Source of the DNA: Tubiluchus corallicola
Taxonomy: Eukaryota > Animalia > Priapulida
Assembly (NCBI GenBank): GCA_030141605.1
Contig: JAQGDQ010000030.1
Location: 603,171-667,170, forward strand
Reading direction: 5' to 3'
Length of the DNA stretch: 64,000 bases
How positions within the stretch are numbered: the first letter of the stretch is position 1; every line of letters starts with the position of its first letter. This document shows, piece after piece, positions 35,980-49,250 of this stretch. Both the position numbers and the translations under genes were made by a program. The notes below the pieces were generated by a model, which had not been told where the DNA came from, ran no database searches, and saw only the letters and a program-made list of their open reading frames with translations.

Positions 35980-38900
35980 GGCCAGTACTTTAGTTTACTT
36001 GCTAGATACTTTACTTACAGCTACTTCGAGTAAGAAACTGAAAAAAGTAAAGGAAGAAATGGTCCAGAAGACATTTCATTTTCCATAAAGACTGTAATTC
36101 GCAGACCAGCAACTAGCAACAGGACTTTTAGGTACATAATTATGTAGTCGAAATCAAGTAACACCGTCATTTAATTAACATTACAGACAAGATATTTTGC
36201 TATAGTTCTGTTCAACCGAGTTCTTTAGAATTTACATGTAGTATGTAGATTATTACGCTCTGCAGCGTGTAGTATCGCTAGGTGCTTTTTCTTTCCCTTT
36301 CTAGTATCAGTAGATATACCCCCACTAATACTGTTTCTACCTTCCCCTTCCCCGTGTTTTTTTCTCTTCATTCCATAGACCAATTTAGTCTTCTTTGTTC
36401 AGATTCAGTAGCAAGTAGGATTATCACCCATACCCATACCCATGGTGGCCTATACGTAACACTTGTGTCGCCGTTAGCTGCTAACATTTTATCGAACTAA
36501 TGGAAATTAGTAATCTTTAAACAAAAATGCCCCCACGAGTGCCAGATTGTTGCATGGACATTTCATTGTTTGCTTTGTTACAAATTGTTGATAGATGTAG
36601 AATTATTATCAATAATAACAAGCATGTAAACGCTTGGTGGTATGTAAGTGCCTACTTATTACGTGCAAGCCAAAGGCTGACTTCCTTGCATGGTGTAAGC
36701 CTTACAGGCACGTGCACAGGGGAGGGCGCCGCCAAAAAATTATGAAGGTGGGTAATAATGGTAAAGGTCGCAGCAAAAAGAACTTAGGTGCTATTTTTTC
36801 TATTTTTCCATTTTCTCTCTTTTTCCGTGGCTTCTTTTTTGTGTGCTGTTTAGTACGTCATTATTAATTATAAATTTTCATCTTGCTGTTTTACAGTGTC
36901 GGACACAGTATGTATACTAGTTATGACATCAAAATTCAAATATATAAGTATACAATTGCTTCTGGAAGCTCTTATTTTACGTTAACCTCGGCTTACTGTT
37001 ATTTTCTCACTTTTTATTACATCTTGTGTAGTGTACCGTTTTCACTTGGGAGATACGTCTTTTTTATGATTTCTACAGCTCCTGATTTAATTAAACCTTA
37101 TTGGTAGATCAAATAGTTTTAGGATAGGATGGGACACAAGGTCTCTTCAGGGCGAAGCCCTCTCAGAATTTTGTACAGAAATGCCAAGAGAGTGTACTAC
37201 GTGTGTGGTATAGTGAAAGGATAATCAATTATCCAATCATAATCGGATGAAAGCAGATAAGAATTTATGCAAAGTGACAAACGACGAACCACCCACCGGG
37301 ATTTAATAGTGTCTTATTTTTATCATCTAATCTGTAACGTACCAGCAATCATTTTTGCATGTAGGTGTGAGTAGAGGTAACGTATTTGGTCTGACTTAAA
37401 AAAGAAACACAAAAAACCATTCATCCTTTTGAAAGACAAAGTTAATAAACGCAATAATTGAGAATGGTAGGGAAATTTTGATGATAGATTAATTTATTTT
37501 GTTCGTTCCGAAAACCAAGATAGTAAAATGTTTGCAATAGAAAGTATTTTTGCCAAGATGTTTGGACTTGAATTAGATGTTTTGGTATGTGATAAACAAC
37601 TTTGTCTTTTTAGGACAAAATGACTCTGTAGGACAAGTGGCCTGGGTTATAGGTCTATATTTGCTATATATATATATATATAACCCTTTGCTATATTTTA
37701 TCCCTACATAGAAATGAAGCAGTTACTTGCACTTGTAGACTGAAACTATAATACCACTTTGCAAAAATTACAAGTCTATGTAAGGATAGACTTGTAATGT
37801 AAGGCCTTCTGCTATACCACTGCACTACAAGGTATTGACACTAAAAGGTTTCAGAATAATAACACATATTAGTTTAAGGTGTATATACCTGATATGGCAC
37901 AACAGTAAATATAGCTGATATGGCACGACAGTTTAAGCTAGTGTATATATTTTAATTGAGCTCGTCCTTTCAAAAATCTGAGCAAGTCACTGAAGTCTTA
38001 AGTAAAAATTAAAATAAAGATAATTCACTAACAACTTATGCATCGGTATAGTATAAACAATAATGTGATGAAGGTAGGTATGGGAACTTCAGATGTGATT
38101 GGTACCCGGCAGATTTAATGCCACAGCATGTATTGTTAGGATTGGGTGAAACGGTCAACTTGGAAATGTAAATGTGTAATAGATTACCCACTTAACATCC
38201 CCTGTGTTTTCAGTCACTGATACACATACACAGAGACAGACGTGCTGGCTGGCACAGACAAGATGAACAACTTTCGAGGTGATAATTTAACGACGACTCA
38301 ATAAATGATTGTTACAAATGTAGCCTCAACATACTTAGACCTTTGCTAGTGTGCAATGAATAGCCAATTGGTTATGTGCATGGTTTGCAATTGAAGTTAA
38401 ACCATGCTCAGGCTAGTCTGTGACTGGATGGCTGCCTTCAATATTTGCTCTGTAAATGTATCCGAATGTCATTGACATACCATGTACTAGTTCGCTCTCA
38501 TGTGAGATAAACTTGATAATAAACATTGTTCTGGTGAGATAAACATTGGTGAGATCGAGCCATGGTCTGATCAATGTTGAGTATGCTCTGCCACTGACAC
38601 CTGGGTGGTGAATTCTATAAAAACCCTTTTTGAACATTTTGCAGCATGTTGTTGCATTACAGAAATGCCAGCATGATCTGGACTCTAGAAGCTAGAGCGT
38701 CTCTAGGAGGATCTTTATACCCAACCTTTTCTATGCGTGGATCTGCAATGCTAGAAAAGTTTAAAGAATAAGCAGACAGCAATCCTGAGGTAAAAAACAT
38801 TTTATTGTGTAATATCACATTGACATGTTTGCCTAGTGTTTGTTGAGGAAATTTGACAAACTCATTTCACACACACAGAAAGAAACAGAAACGGTAACAT

Positions 38901-39133
38901 AAATATGACAAATCATCCAATCTACAGATTTACTCTTCGTGACCGAGAATAACATTACGGTGCAGCTTAACATAGCTGATAAAATGACTTAAATAAATAT
39001 TGCATGTATATAAATGAAAAATACATTTAACTTACACAAAGTTAATTAAATGAAAATAAAGTCACCGGTTATGGAAAAAGACTAAAACAGACTTGCACAC
39101 CAATAATTCACAGTTGCAACGATTTTATTAAAA

Positions 39134-39313
39134 TACGATCAAATCTCTTTAGACCGTCTATTTTGGGATTGCAAAATAAGTTGGCATTAAGCGCGTTTGG
39201 CAGTATAACAATTAATGAGGTGCATTAATACATACATGTCTATGCAAATATAGATATTGTGTTTTGCCAAAAATATGGGCATTATATTAGGTTGGCAACA
39301 AGGTTTGATTGTA
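39134..39313. mobile_element. Tc1/pogo (Tigger-like) MITE
   Basis: TA-bounded TIRs tacgatcaaatct / aggtttgattgta; absent at the paralogous site (~60175-60190). Confidence 0.7.
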
Positions 39314-39920
39314 CATTAAACAGCAACATATTTAGAGTCAGAATATACTTTTCTACAAATCTAGAGAAAACTTTTTATTTTAGTATACCTATCTAGTGCG
39401 CCGGTGCATGTTTCCATGAGATCTTTTCATTCATGTTGTCCTTGTCACTTTCTATTAACCAAGTTGATTGATTTTACATTTGCACCCAAACATTTCACAT
39501 TGAGTATCACATTCACTGGTATTAGAGTTTTATAATTCTAATGCAGTTTGGAAAAAATAGTACAGATAATAATAGAAGTTGTGTGACTGGAGGTCAAAAC
39601 AGGCTTGAGAAGCAAGAAAAAGGAAAGATGGTAGAAAAGAGGCAAAGTTATTTTATTTGACGGGACAAATTCAAAACAACTGGAAATGCGACTGGGCTTT
39701 GGTTGGCAGACAATGCATAAAATGGAAATGAACAAATTTATGTGATGTTGCATAAATATTATTAAAAACAGGCACAATATCACAGAAAGCTCCCATAATT
39801 TTTTGGCACACGGACAAGTTGCTAATCTAGTTCAAACTGCAGTGCACATAAATATTACAGTAAACTTATTGTACATACAGCCAGTGATTTTCATTGTTGG
39901 CATTTTCCAAATTCTTTTTA

Positions 39921-41279
39921 GGGTAAGGTCGGCCATCGGCTAATGTCAGTCAGCCAGTTTCTATGGACTCTAAACATGCCACAGTCCAGCTTTTTATAGC
40001 ATGCTGTAGCCAATCAGCAGAACCAGCATTGTTCAGCTAGATGTGTTTCCCTTGTTCTAGTTGTCTGTCACAAACATCAGCAACAAATATCGAGAGGAGT
40101 TAGGTGATTTACTACAATATTTCATAGTTGCCTTAGTGTTGTACAATATTTTTAATAACTACTATAATGAATAATCATATATACAGAGGATGTTAAAGAC
40201 TATTTCAAACAGCATACCAGTGTACTGGCTGAAATCAGTCGATTTAGATGTTTTGCATGAGGTAGTTTCCCAGAAGAGCTTTTTGCTAGAAAGGTTTTTT
40301 AAGAAAAGAAAGTCAGTAAAAATAGAAAATCATAATCCTGTCTTCTATTTCATGTATGCATAAAACCAATACTTGCTTTGGTTAACATGAAAAACCATGA
40401 TGCCTAAACAGACCCGCATAAAATTTAACATCAAGCTTTAGACCCCTAGTTTTTCAAGTAAACCCTTTGACATTGCAACTTTTTCCAAAAAGCAGATTAA
40501 TTACACCCATGTCATTCATTTTGCTGGTTCATATGCCTTGTTGGCCCTTATAAAATTGCAGGACAACAACTGCTCACAATATTGTGTTTCATAACAGTTC
40601 TACTAAAAATAAATGCTGTGACAAGCTAGTATGATTTGTGGCTGAGTAGGGATGTAAAAAATTCCACCATTACCATAAAAATCTACTAGCTCCCAACAGT
40701 CAGTAAAGGTTAAAAATGAATTGTTCTTTTGATGTGTGAATTTTATCAGAAAAGGTTGAAGATGACTATACTCTGTTTTGATCCTAAAATTTGTTTTCAT
40801 GTTTGAAGTTTGTTTGAAAAGAAAGCATGTCAGCAAATGAAAAGCAACAATATTTTGACTTAAATACTTCACGATAACTCAACGAATAGTGAATAATATT
40901 TTGACTTAAATATTTTTAAGTCGCCCTGGGTGTTTTTCTGTAATGATGAGATTTCTCTAATAATAAGACGAGAAAAATATTCACAAAGTGCTTAGAATGT
41001 ATCGAAAAGTGCAGCTATCAGTTTGGCCAACATTACCCTGTCTGGTGACCGACATAGCCTTCAATTGGCCAACATTGCCCTGATTTTTACTATAGAGAGT
41101 GCACAAGTAAAACGACCGAAATTACACAAAAATGAGCGATACAAACCATTTCTTTGCATTCCTATGAAGCAGAAAAATCCGTCGATGTGTTTGCTAAACC
41201 TGTACATAAAATATTAGTGATAATACAAGGTAAGTCATTCAAAAAATCTAAATGTGTCCAACATTACCCCAATACACCT
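39921..41279. mobile_element. TA-flanked Tc1/mariner/pogo-type non-autonomous element (~1.36 kb) in SLC6 copy 1 3' region
   Basis: It interrupts one unit of a local ~240-bp tandem duplication with a duplicated TA. The right end is tgtccaacattaccccaatacacct, the left end is degenerate, and ttggccaacatt(a/g)ccctg subterminal repeats lie at ~41022 and ~41065. It is absent in copy 2. Confidence 0.65.
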
Positions 41280-41818
41280 TACCTTAAATTCATATAAAAA
41301 ACCAGGACTATTAGTAATGTCTATTTCAACTATCTTCTAGTACAGATCTAAGTCCAACAGTTCTAATCCTAATAAGTGAGTGCTTTTCTTTCAAAATGAA
41401 CACTCAAGATTTTCCAAAAAAATCCAATCGTGCAAATTACATTGTAAATCAACAACCCTCCTATGAGAAGTTGTATCTTCTGATTTTCATTGTTGACATC
41501 TTCTATGTTCTTTTTATCTTAAATTAATATAAAAACAGGACTGTTAGTAATGACTATTTTAACTAGCTTCTAGAACAGATGTAAGTCCATCAGTTCTAAT
41601 CCTGATAAATGAGAGCACTAATTTTGCTTTTCTTTCAATATAGAGAAGACTCAAGATTTAAAAAAAAACAGTCGTGTAAATTATATTGTAAATCAACAAC
41701 CCTCCTATGAGAAGTTGTATCTTGTAGTCGACTATTACAACCATTTACAGTCTGGCAGTGATAAAGTGCACAATATTACATATGAATATGGAATAACAAA
41801 TTGACCCCGATTTACTGG

Positions 41819-42335
41819 CTATCCCTTGACAAGAGTTACTGATTCAGATTTCTCACAGTCCTGCAAAACCACATTATTTGAGGCAGCCATGTTGTTTGAC
41901 TGAGCATGAAGTGGTTCAGGTATGATAAGGTCTTTCCACTTCTGCAAAAACAGAATATTAAAGAAAACTTGAAAAAACTGCTGTGTATATGTGAGACGTG
42001 TGTATACCTGAATTACTGAGTAGCATTAGAAAGATTTAGAAAGTAAAATCGTTTAATCAGATTTTTGCATAATCAAGAGTCAATTAAATTGAACATATTA
42101 CAAAGTTACAATCTTGCTCCTTTTGTGTTGTATAGTTTGCCATTTGTATATAGTTTTTATTTGTTCAATACCAGTACTACGTATGTAGAGTAAATCTAGA
42201 ACAAACAAGTAAAAAAAAACAATGTTTAACAACTTGATAAATAAAATTTAAGATAAATAAGATGAGTATGCAAGCAACCAGAAAAATGATAAAAGCTAAA
42301 ATATTTGATAATAAATAAATTACAGAAATTTGTTG

Positions 42336-42413
<78 letters not shown>

Positions 42414-45400
42414 AAGAGCAAGAGAGAAGGAAAGCATTAAAAAACTTACATTCTTTGGAGTCCAAGCTAACTTGTAGCAAATATATATTGGTATCTGTAT
42501 CATAGACACCAGTCCCATAGTCCAGCCTATAGCTTGTGCCCACAGGGGGTACTCGTAATAAAATATGCTGTTACTGAGATAGAGAGGCTTGTACCGGGCA
42601 ATGTTGAAAACAAATATAGCCTGAAATTAATTAGTTTTAACATTATTATTATTATTATTTAATGCCTTATTTATAAATTTCACCACACTTTTGGAAATGA
42701 GCATTCTGAGTCTACTGCTTATGACGAGACTAGAACCTTGCACATTACAAGGGTATGCCTCTATGATGAGCCACTAAATCCGCAGTGGCATCTCAGCATC
42801 TCATACACACACACATATCCTTTCTCTGCAGATATATGGACACATGTCTGTAATGAAAATGGCAATTTAGGTAGTCATTAACTTAAAAAATATAACTTTT
42901 TTGGTTATCTAAAAGTCATGTAAAAAAGGTCAAACAAAACTTTAAAACAGTACAGTGTAAAGAGTCAAGTAAAAAAGAAGTAAACTCCTATGTTTTGTAT
43001 CCCTTCGTTGACAAAAAAACCTGAATGGACTAAAATAAATGATTGCTTAACATCTTGATTGTTTTTTCACGACTGCACCAAAACAGTGTGCAGACATTTC
43101 GACACAGACATCTGGACACAGAAAGTTTTGCCACAAGAGATTTGGATACATAGATCATTTGAACACAAGATATTTGGACGCAAGGCGATTTGCACACATA
43201 GTTCATTGGGACACACGGGTCACTTGGATACAATGTATTTTGGACAAATAGGCTATTTCTACAATGAGACGCATTGCAATTCTCACTCATTGTACAATTT
43301 ATACTGAACGCCTGTGAAAAAATGGAGTCACCATCATATCATTGTATCATCAAATCACACGTTGTTACTGATTGTTGTTATCTGATCTCTTGCTAATGAG
43401 TAATGAGTCATAATTTGTTTGTCTGTGTCTGCAGATTGCAGTGTGAATTGTTATTTAAAAAATGTAGAAATCTAAATTTGCACCAATTGACGCATAAATT
43501 AATACGCTCTGAATTTGACACACATCCTACCAGTAACCCAACCATAAAAACTTCTTATATCGGTGTCTGTACAGCTGTTCGAGAATGCCAAACTTTGTTT
43601 ATTATCTGCTCCAACTGCGACCGAGTCCAGAAAAATTCTTTATCAAATGAAAAATGCAAGTAAGAACTAGAAAGTCTTTTCATAGACCATTTTATAAACA
43701 AGAAATCTCGCTGTAACGGTTGTAATCGCCGTAATAAATCATCATATCTGTCGCAATAGCCGCAGCCACCATTACTCCTTCCGGATATCCACCCTAAAAT
43801 TTATGTGCTTCTTAACCTGCAGACTGCAGTTACTGTTAGAAGTAGATTAGCAAGAAGTAGCAAGAAAAAGAATATTTCAAAATAGATAATAAATCAATTG
43901 TTTGATCCAAGGCTTTTTAGACATTTGAATTTCCTTGAATTTTGCAACAAAGTAGCTTATATTCATTAAACTCCCAGAATAGGCTTTAACTAAATAACCA
44001 ATGTTGCTAAATGGTAAAAGGCCCCGATTGAATCGAAATGCTAGCGTTGGAGTTTAAATAGTTACTGTATCCACATTATCTGTATTTCTCAATATCCTGT
44101 GTGAAAAACACTTACTGTCCAAATATCCCACGTGTCCAAAACCCTTAGTGTCTAAACAGTTTACGCATCTAAATAACTTGTGTGCAAATCACCTTGAGTC
44201 CAAAAGTCTTATGTGTCCAAATCACCTTGCGTCCAAAAGACCTATGTGTCAAAATTACCTGATGTCCAAATGGCCTGTGTCTAACATCCCTGTGATCTAC
44301 TGAAACAAATATAAAACGTTAACTAATTTTATTCTTTCAGCAGTGAATGATTTAGTTTAAAATAGTTACCATAGTAACAACTGGCGTAAAAACGACCCAG
44401 CAGATTTTTAACCATGGATTGATTTTAAAGCCAACCATCATGGCAATGTTGCTATAGAATCTGTTTGCTCCTGAAATGTAAAACATACTTAGAAAAGATG
44501 TACCTTACTTCAGTGTTAATATTACAGATGGTGACAGCATATACTCTCATATCTCAGTTTGTCGGACCTTGCTTTAATGATTATGAGAAGAATCGGACAA
44601 AGCCTGGACCACAAAAAAGTCCCACATAGTACGGACACAGTCCGTTGCTTTGTGAGCTGACCGCTAGTTGGCGGGCTGTCAGCTTGTTTACATCATTACG
44701 TCAGTGCAACCAAGCAGCGTGTTTAAATGATTTAATATTCATAATTTAACTATGTCGTCTGAAAGAAGTATGCAGAAAAAAGTACGTGGAGTTACAGGAG
44801 TTAATTGCTGGCAGTATATACTTTTTATATACTTTGCATAGGAGTGGCCCATACTAGATATTTTAAGGTAATTAGGCAATTGATTCTACATTACCCTGAG
44901 TCTAATACACGGTGCCTACTATATAGCTTAGTATCGGTAAATACATGTACAATCGGCAAATTCGGACCCACTTTTGTCTAGCAAACCGAGATATAAGTAT
45001 AGTTTAACTTTCTGAAAACACATTGCTGTAATCAAACGTTTTTAGTTTAAAGTAGTATTAGATTATGGGTGGCAATGTAAAGACACTGTGGCAAAAAAAA
45101 ATTAAAAAAGATCGCAGATGTCTCCAAGCCAATAAAATAGTTTGAAATGTAATTTGTCTTTTTTACACTTTTGAAACGAGTGCAAAATATTCCAGTATCT
45201 GCAATTACTAAATTACTAGTCTATCACAGACTACACCTTATTCAATGTAATAACCACGATTGCTTCTGTTCTATAATATGCCTGCGAGAAGTGTCATGTG
45301 TTGTGCCGCCACTCTATAGATACAAAACTCAATCAACAGCAATAATTGAAGAGACTGTTAACATGAAGGTTTTTGGCTTACCATAAACCCAGCCAATAGA

Positions 45401-48400
45401 AATGCACTCAAACAAGCAAAACCAGAGCATCGTCATTCCGCTCACGGCATAGTAGTCCCAGAGATAAAACACGTATAAACCGCCCTTTATAGACAAAAAT
45501 AATATTTTATTTAAATAAGTGATCCATAACTGATGCCAAAAATTATTATGATGGACACTTTTTATTTGAAATTGAAATTTTTCCATGCTAACAAGAGGAA
45601 TGCTATTGCATTCGGTTACCACTATGCAGATAATCCCAGCATATTTTCTCTGCTTTGCAGGAATAATTTTTTGTGAATTCAGGGTTTTGAATAAATAATA
45701 TCCGTGCAACTACTGAAAGAAAATAGACTATATTAAAAAAGCATCATTTTTTCCATCTATAGATATCTCATTATGGATGCTACGTGTGTAAAAATAGTTA
45801 TTGCTTTATTGTCAAGATAGTACATAGCAATTCTACTTTCCAATTTCTTATTCAGTTAGAATGTAATTATCCAATAACCTTATTAAAATTGCTTACGTTT
45901 GTCACCATAGACAAGCCAAGGAGGAATGATACAAATGACACAACGGCAATGAAGGTTTCCCGTCGGTATTTACCGTAGAGTTGTTTTGGAAATACATCGA
46001 CTACAGCAGTGACAAACCCCTCCACACCAACAAACTATAAGCGAAAACCAAACATAGTGTTATGTAATTACAAATCAGTTCCGAAATATTGCAGAAAAGT
46101 CACAATAAGAAACAGCAAAAAGCAAATATTATTATCCTATGCACATTTTGTCTATTAAAGACATTAGGCAGGCAGAATTGTAAAATAAAAAAATCTGTCC
46201 TCAAGACAGGTAAACACAGCAGTTAATGTTGTTAATCTAGTAGACACTGTTGTGACAGTCGCTTGTCAGTACTACTTCTGACTAAAACTATAACAGCAAA
46301 CAACAGCTAAAACTCAAACAGCAAATAACAAACTATTAATGCAGTAGCATCACATCACAGCAAAGAGAAAGAATTAAATGTTGCTGATACAGATATATAG
46401 ACTACACAGTTGCAACAACATACTTTGTGCTGCAATGTGTACATTATATATAAAAATTTAGTATTGTACCGCACCTAATTTCAAGTTGCAAGTACCATAA
46501 TATGATGAAAGAATCACTGTGAATGATTTTCTCTATGACTGAAACAATATTTTCTGACAAATTAATTTAGGAAAGCAAAATTAAAAAAGGATTGGTTAAA
46601 AAACTAGGAAGAACGACATACAGTTACAACCTTTAGCCTAATATAGTAATACAGTTCAAACCATAACACAATATCTTGCACAAATTATTATAAAAGAACA
46701 TTTATAAATAGTGTTTATTTTGTCCAATATGTTTTGACTTTGGTTAAGGTGCTTTTGTCTGTTTTACCCTGTGGTACATCTTTTTGTGATGGATAGATCT
46801 CAAGATTTATTTACCTACTTTATTACTTTATACTAAGCAAAAGCAACCTTCTTTCTAGGCATAAAGCACTCATCTTTCTAAAAATATTTGCTGCTCTTTT
46901 TGCAGAGTTATATAGACTGAAGTTCTCCGAATTTAGCCATTTTCAAGGGTGGTATGGTAAACACATATGTGGAACACTTACCTGACTGTCTAGTCCAACC
47001 AACATGATCATAAAGAAAAACAACACAGACCAAAGAGGAGCAACTGGCATTTGCGTGAGGGCTTTAGGGTATGCAATGAAAGCGAGTCCTGGACCTAAAT
47101 ATACACAACACAACTAAAAAGCAGGTTAGTAGCATGAGGACATTTAATTAAGCACACGTCATGGTTTATTATCTACAGTATGTTCTATTTATTACCAGAT
47201 TCAGCCACATCATCTATAGGTACACCTTGCTCGTGTGACATGAAACCAAGAACAGAGAAAACGACGAAGCCAGCGAACAAACTTGTGCAGCTATTGACAC
47301 AGGCAATGATGATACAATCTCTGGAATGATTAAAAAAGCTATAAAAACTAAAATAAATGGTTACGTTCCTAGGTAGCTTCAGGAATGCGCAGTTGAATCA
47401 AGTGCAGAGGAAATTTCACTTATTTTCAGTCAATCAGGTCATATTTGAAACACCTCACGTTGAGATTCATGGGTATATAAAAATGTAAGAGGTGCCCAAG
47501 AAAATGTGTCACAATGAAGAAAGCATTTTATCCGAAAATGCAGATCACAAGATAACAGAGTAATCCAAAAAGTCTTTGAGCACCTCAAGCTAAACATTAA
47601 AATATGTAGCCAAATAGATTCAGACAATCATAAAATTTAATAATGCTGTTTTTGGACATTTCGAGATTTTCTTGCAACGTCTTTGTTACAGTAAAAATTT
47701 AACTGCAAGGTATAATGAATTTTTACAATTGCGCACGGCAATGAAGCACCAAGCATAATTTTGAACCCAGAGCTACCTTCGGTGGAGGAGCACCTAGCTT
47801 CAAAATCGGAAAGATTTGGCAAACAATTTGAAGATCAGATTGAAAGAATTAATAAGTAATGCTAAAATTAAGAATTTGTTGTTAGTGGGCTTGCTGCTGC
47901 AGTGTTTAGTCTTACTACTACTACTACTACTTTCATAACGTAATTTTAAAAGATTTTAGAACCTTCTTTGAAAGTAGGTGCAACTAGATATGCAAGGCGA
48001 GTATATGTTGTTGTGGAAATAATAGAGTTGGAAAAAAACAAGGAAAAATAATTAAGAAATCAGAAAAACCTACAGTTTCAGATATAAAAAAGAGCTTACA
48101 AGTGAAAATAAAAAAAATGTATGCTATAGTGTTAATAATGTCGTACCAGTATGGCATTGTGGATGATTCTGATTAGGCAATGAAATTATACTTCAACGAT
48201 AAAAATCAACCAAATGCAGCATGTGTTTTTGAATTTACGATGTCTTACGTAAAACAAGACAAAGAAAAATCTTGAGTCCAACTTTCTGCTGTCAAAATGA
48301 GGAATGATCAGATGAAATAATCTTCAAATATTTTAATTCTTTTTCTTGTTGAAAGTCAAACCATAATATATATGCCTACCTGCTATTAATCAGATACTAA

Positions 48401-49213
48401 GGAATTAATATCAATTTTATTTTCGTGACATAGAAAAATGCACAATAATATCTTGTTGTATGTTGTTCATTGACGCATTGTAATAACTGACAAAAAAGCT
48501 TACTTGTAGCAGTTATGGTGAAACGGATTATAGCTGCCCAAAGCTGTTTGCGCCCCGAGAGCAAGACCATACGAGTAGAAAATTTGCGTTCCAGCATCGA
48601 TCCAAACCTACAGTGAAATAAGTCAAATTTTCATTTTTGTTGTCAGTTTCTGGTTAACCGTTATGTTGTACCATTTGTGCCTACCATTCAATATAACTAT
48701 GAGAAGCTAGAATACAAAGAGGTTTATACATGTGTATATGCATGCGGGCACGTGCGCGTGTGTGTGCGTCTTCAAATTTTTGGCTAACTACACTTGTCGT
48801 GGAAAATAAACGAATTTTGTTACATTTTTTATACGTCAGATACTGATACCTGCTGGACGAAAAACAACAGCTTTCAAGAAAGTGCCATTTTATAGACAGG
48901 CAAAAAGCCAATTGATATTGTACAACTTCCATTAAATGGGTGGGATGATGTGTGAATTTGACCATTGAAGATGCAAAATTAATTACTCTATGTTGAATTA
49001 TCACATACTTATGTTGATCAGTTTACTTACCTGAGGTTCTCGCAGTTTAAACCATTTGGGGGATAGGTAGTAGATAATTCCCTTTCCCGCTCCAGCTAAT
49101 GTAACTCCTCGTACGAACAAAATAGTGAGAACAATGTATGGAAATGTTGCAGTAAAGTAGACAACCTGTCAATGCCAAACGCTAAAACTGTCAACGGCTG
49201 TGACATTCAAGTA

Positions 49214-49250
<37 letters not shown>

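Noticed and set aside
38413-38790. Possible exon or ORF downstream of SLC6 copy 1
   Set aside because: An AG...GT-bounded segment exists but has no recognisable product and no partner exons; it cannot be supported without RNA data.
39885-41495. 15-bp direct repeat as the TSD of a retro-insertion
   Set aside because: Better explained as the start of two tandem-duplicated units, with a TA-flanked DNA element inside the first.
42177-42543. ORFs with poly-(SL) or poly-(ER) tracts
   Set aside because: These are read-through into the intronic (GA)n microsatellite; the real exon ends at the GT donor at 42449.
43090-44290. CRISPR-like array
   Set aside because: Eukaryotic intron, degenerate short units in inverted arrays, no unique fixed-length spacers, and no cas genes.
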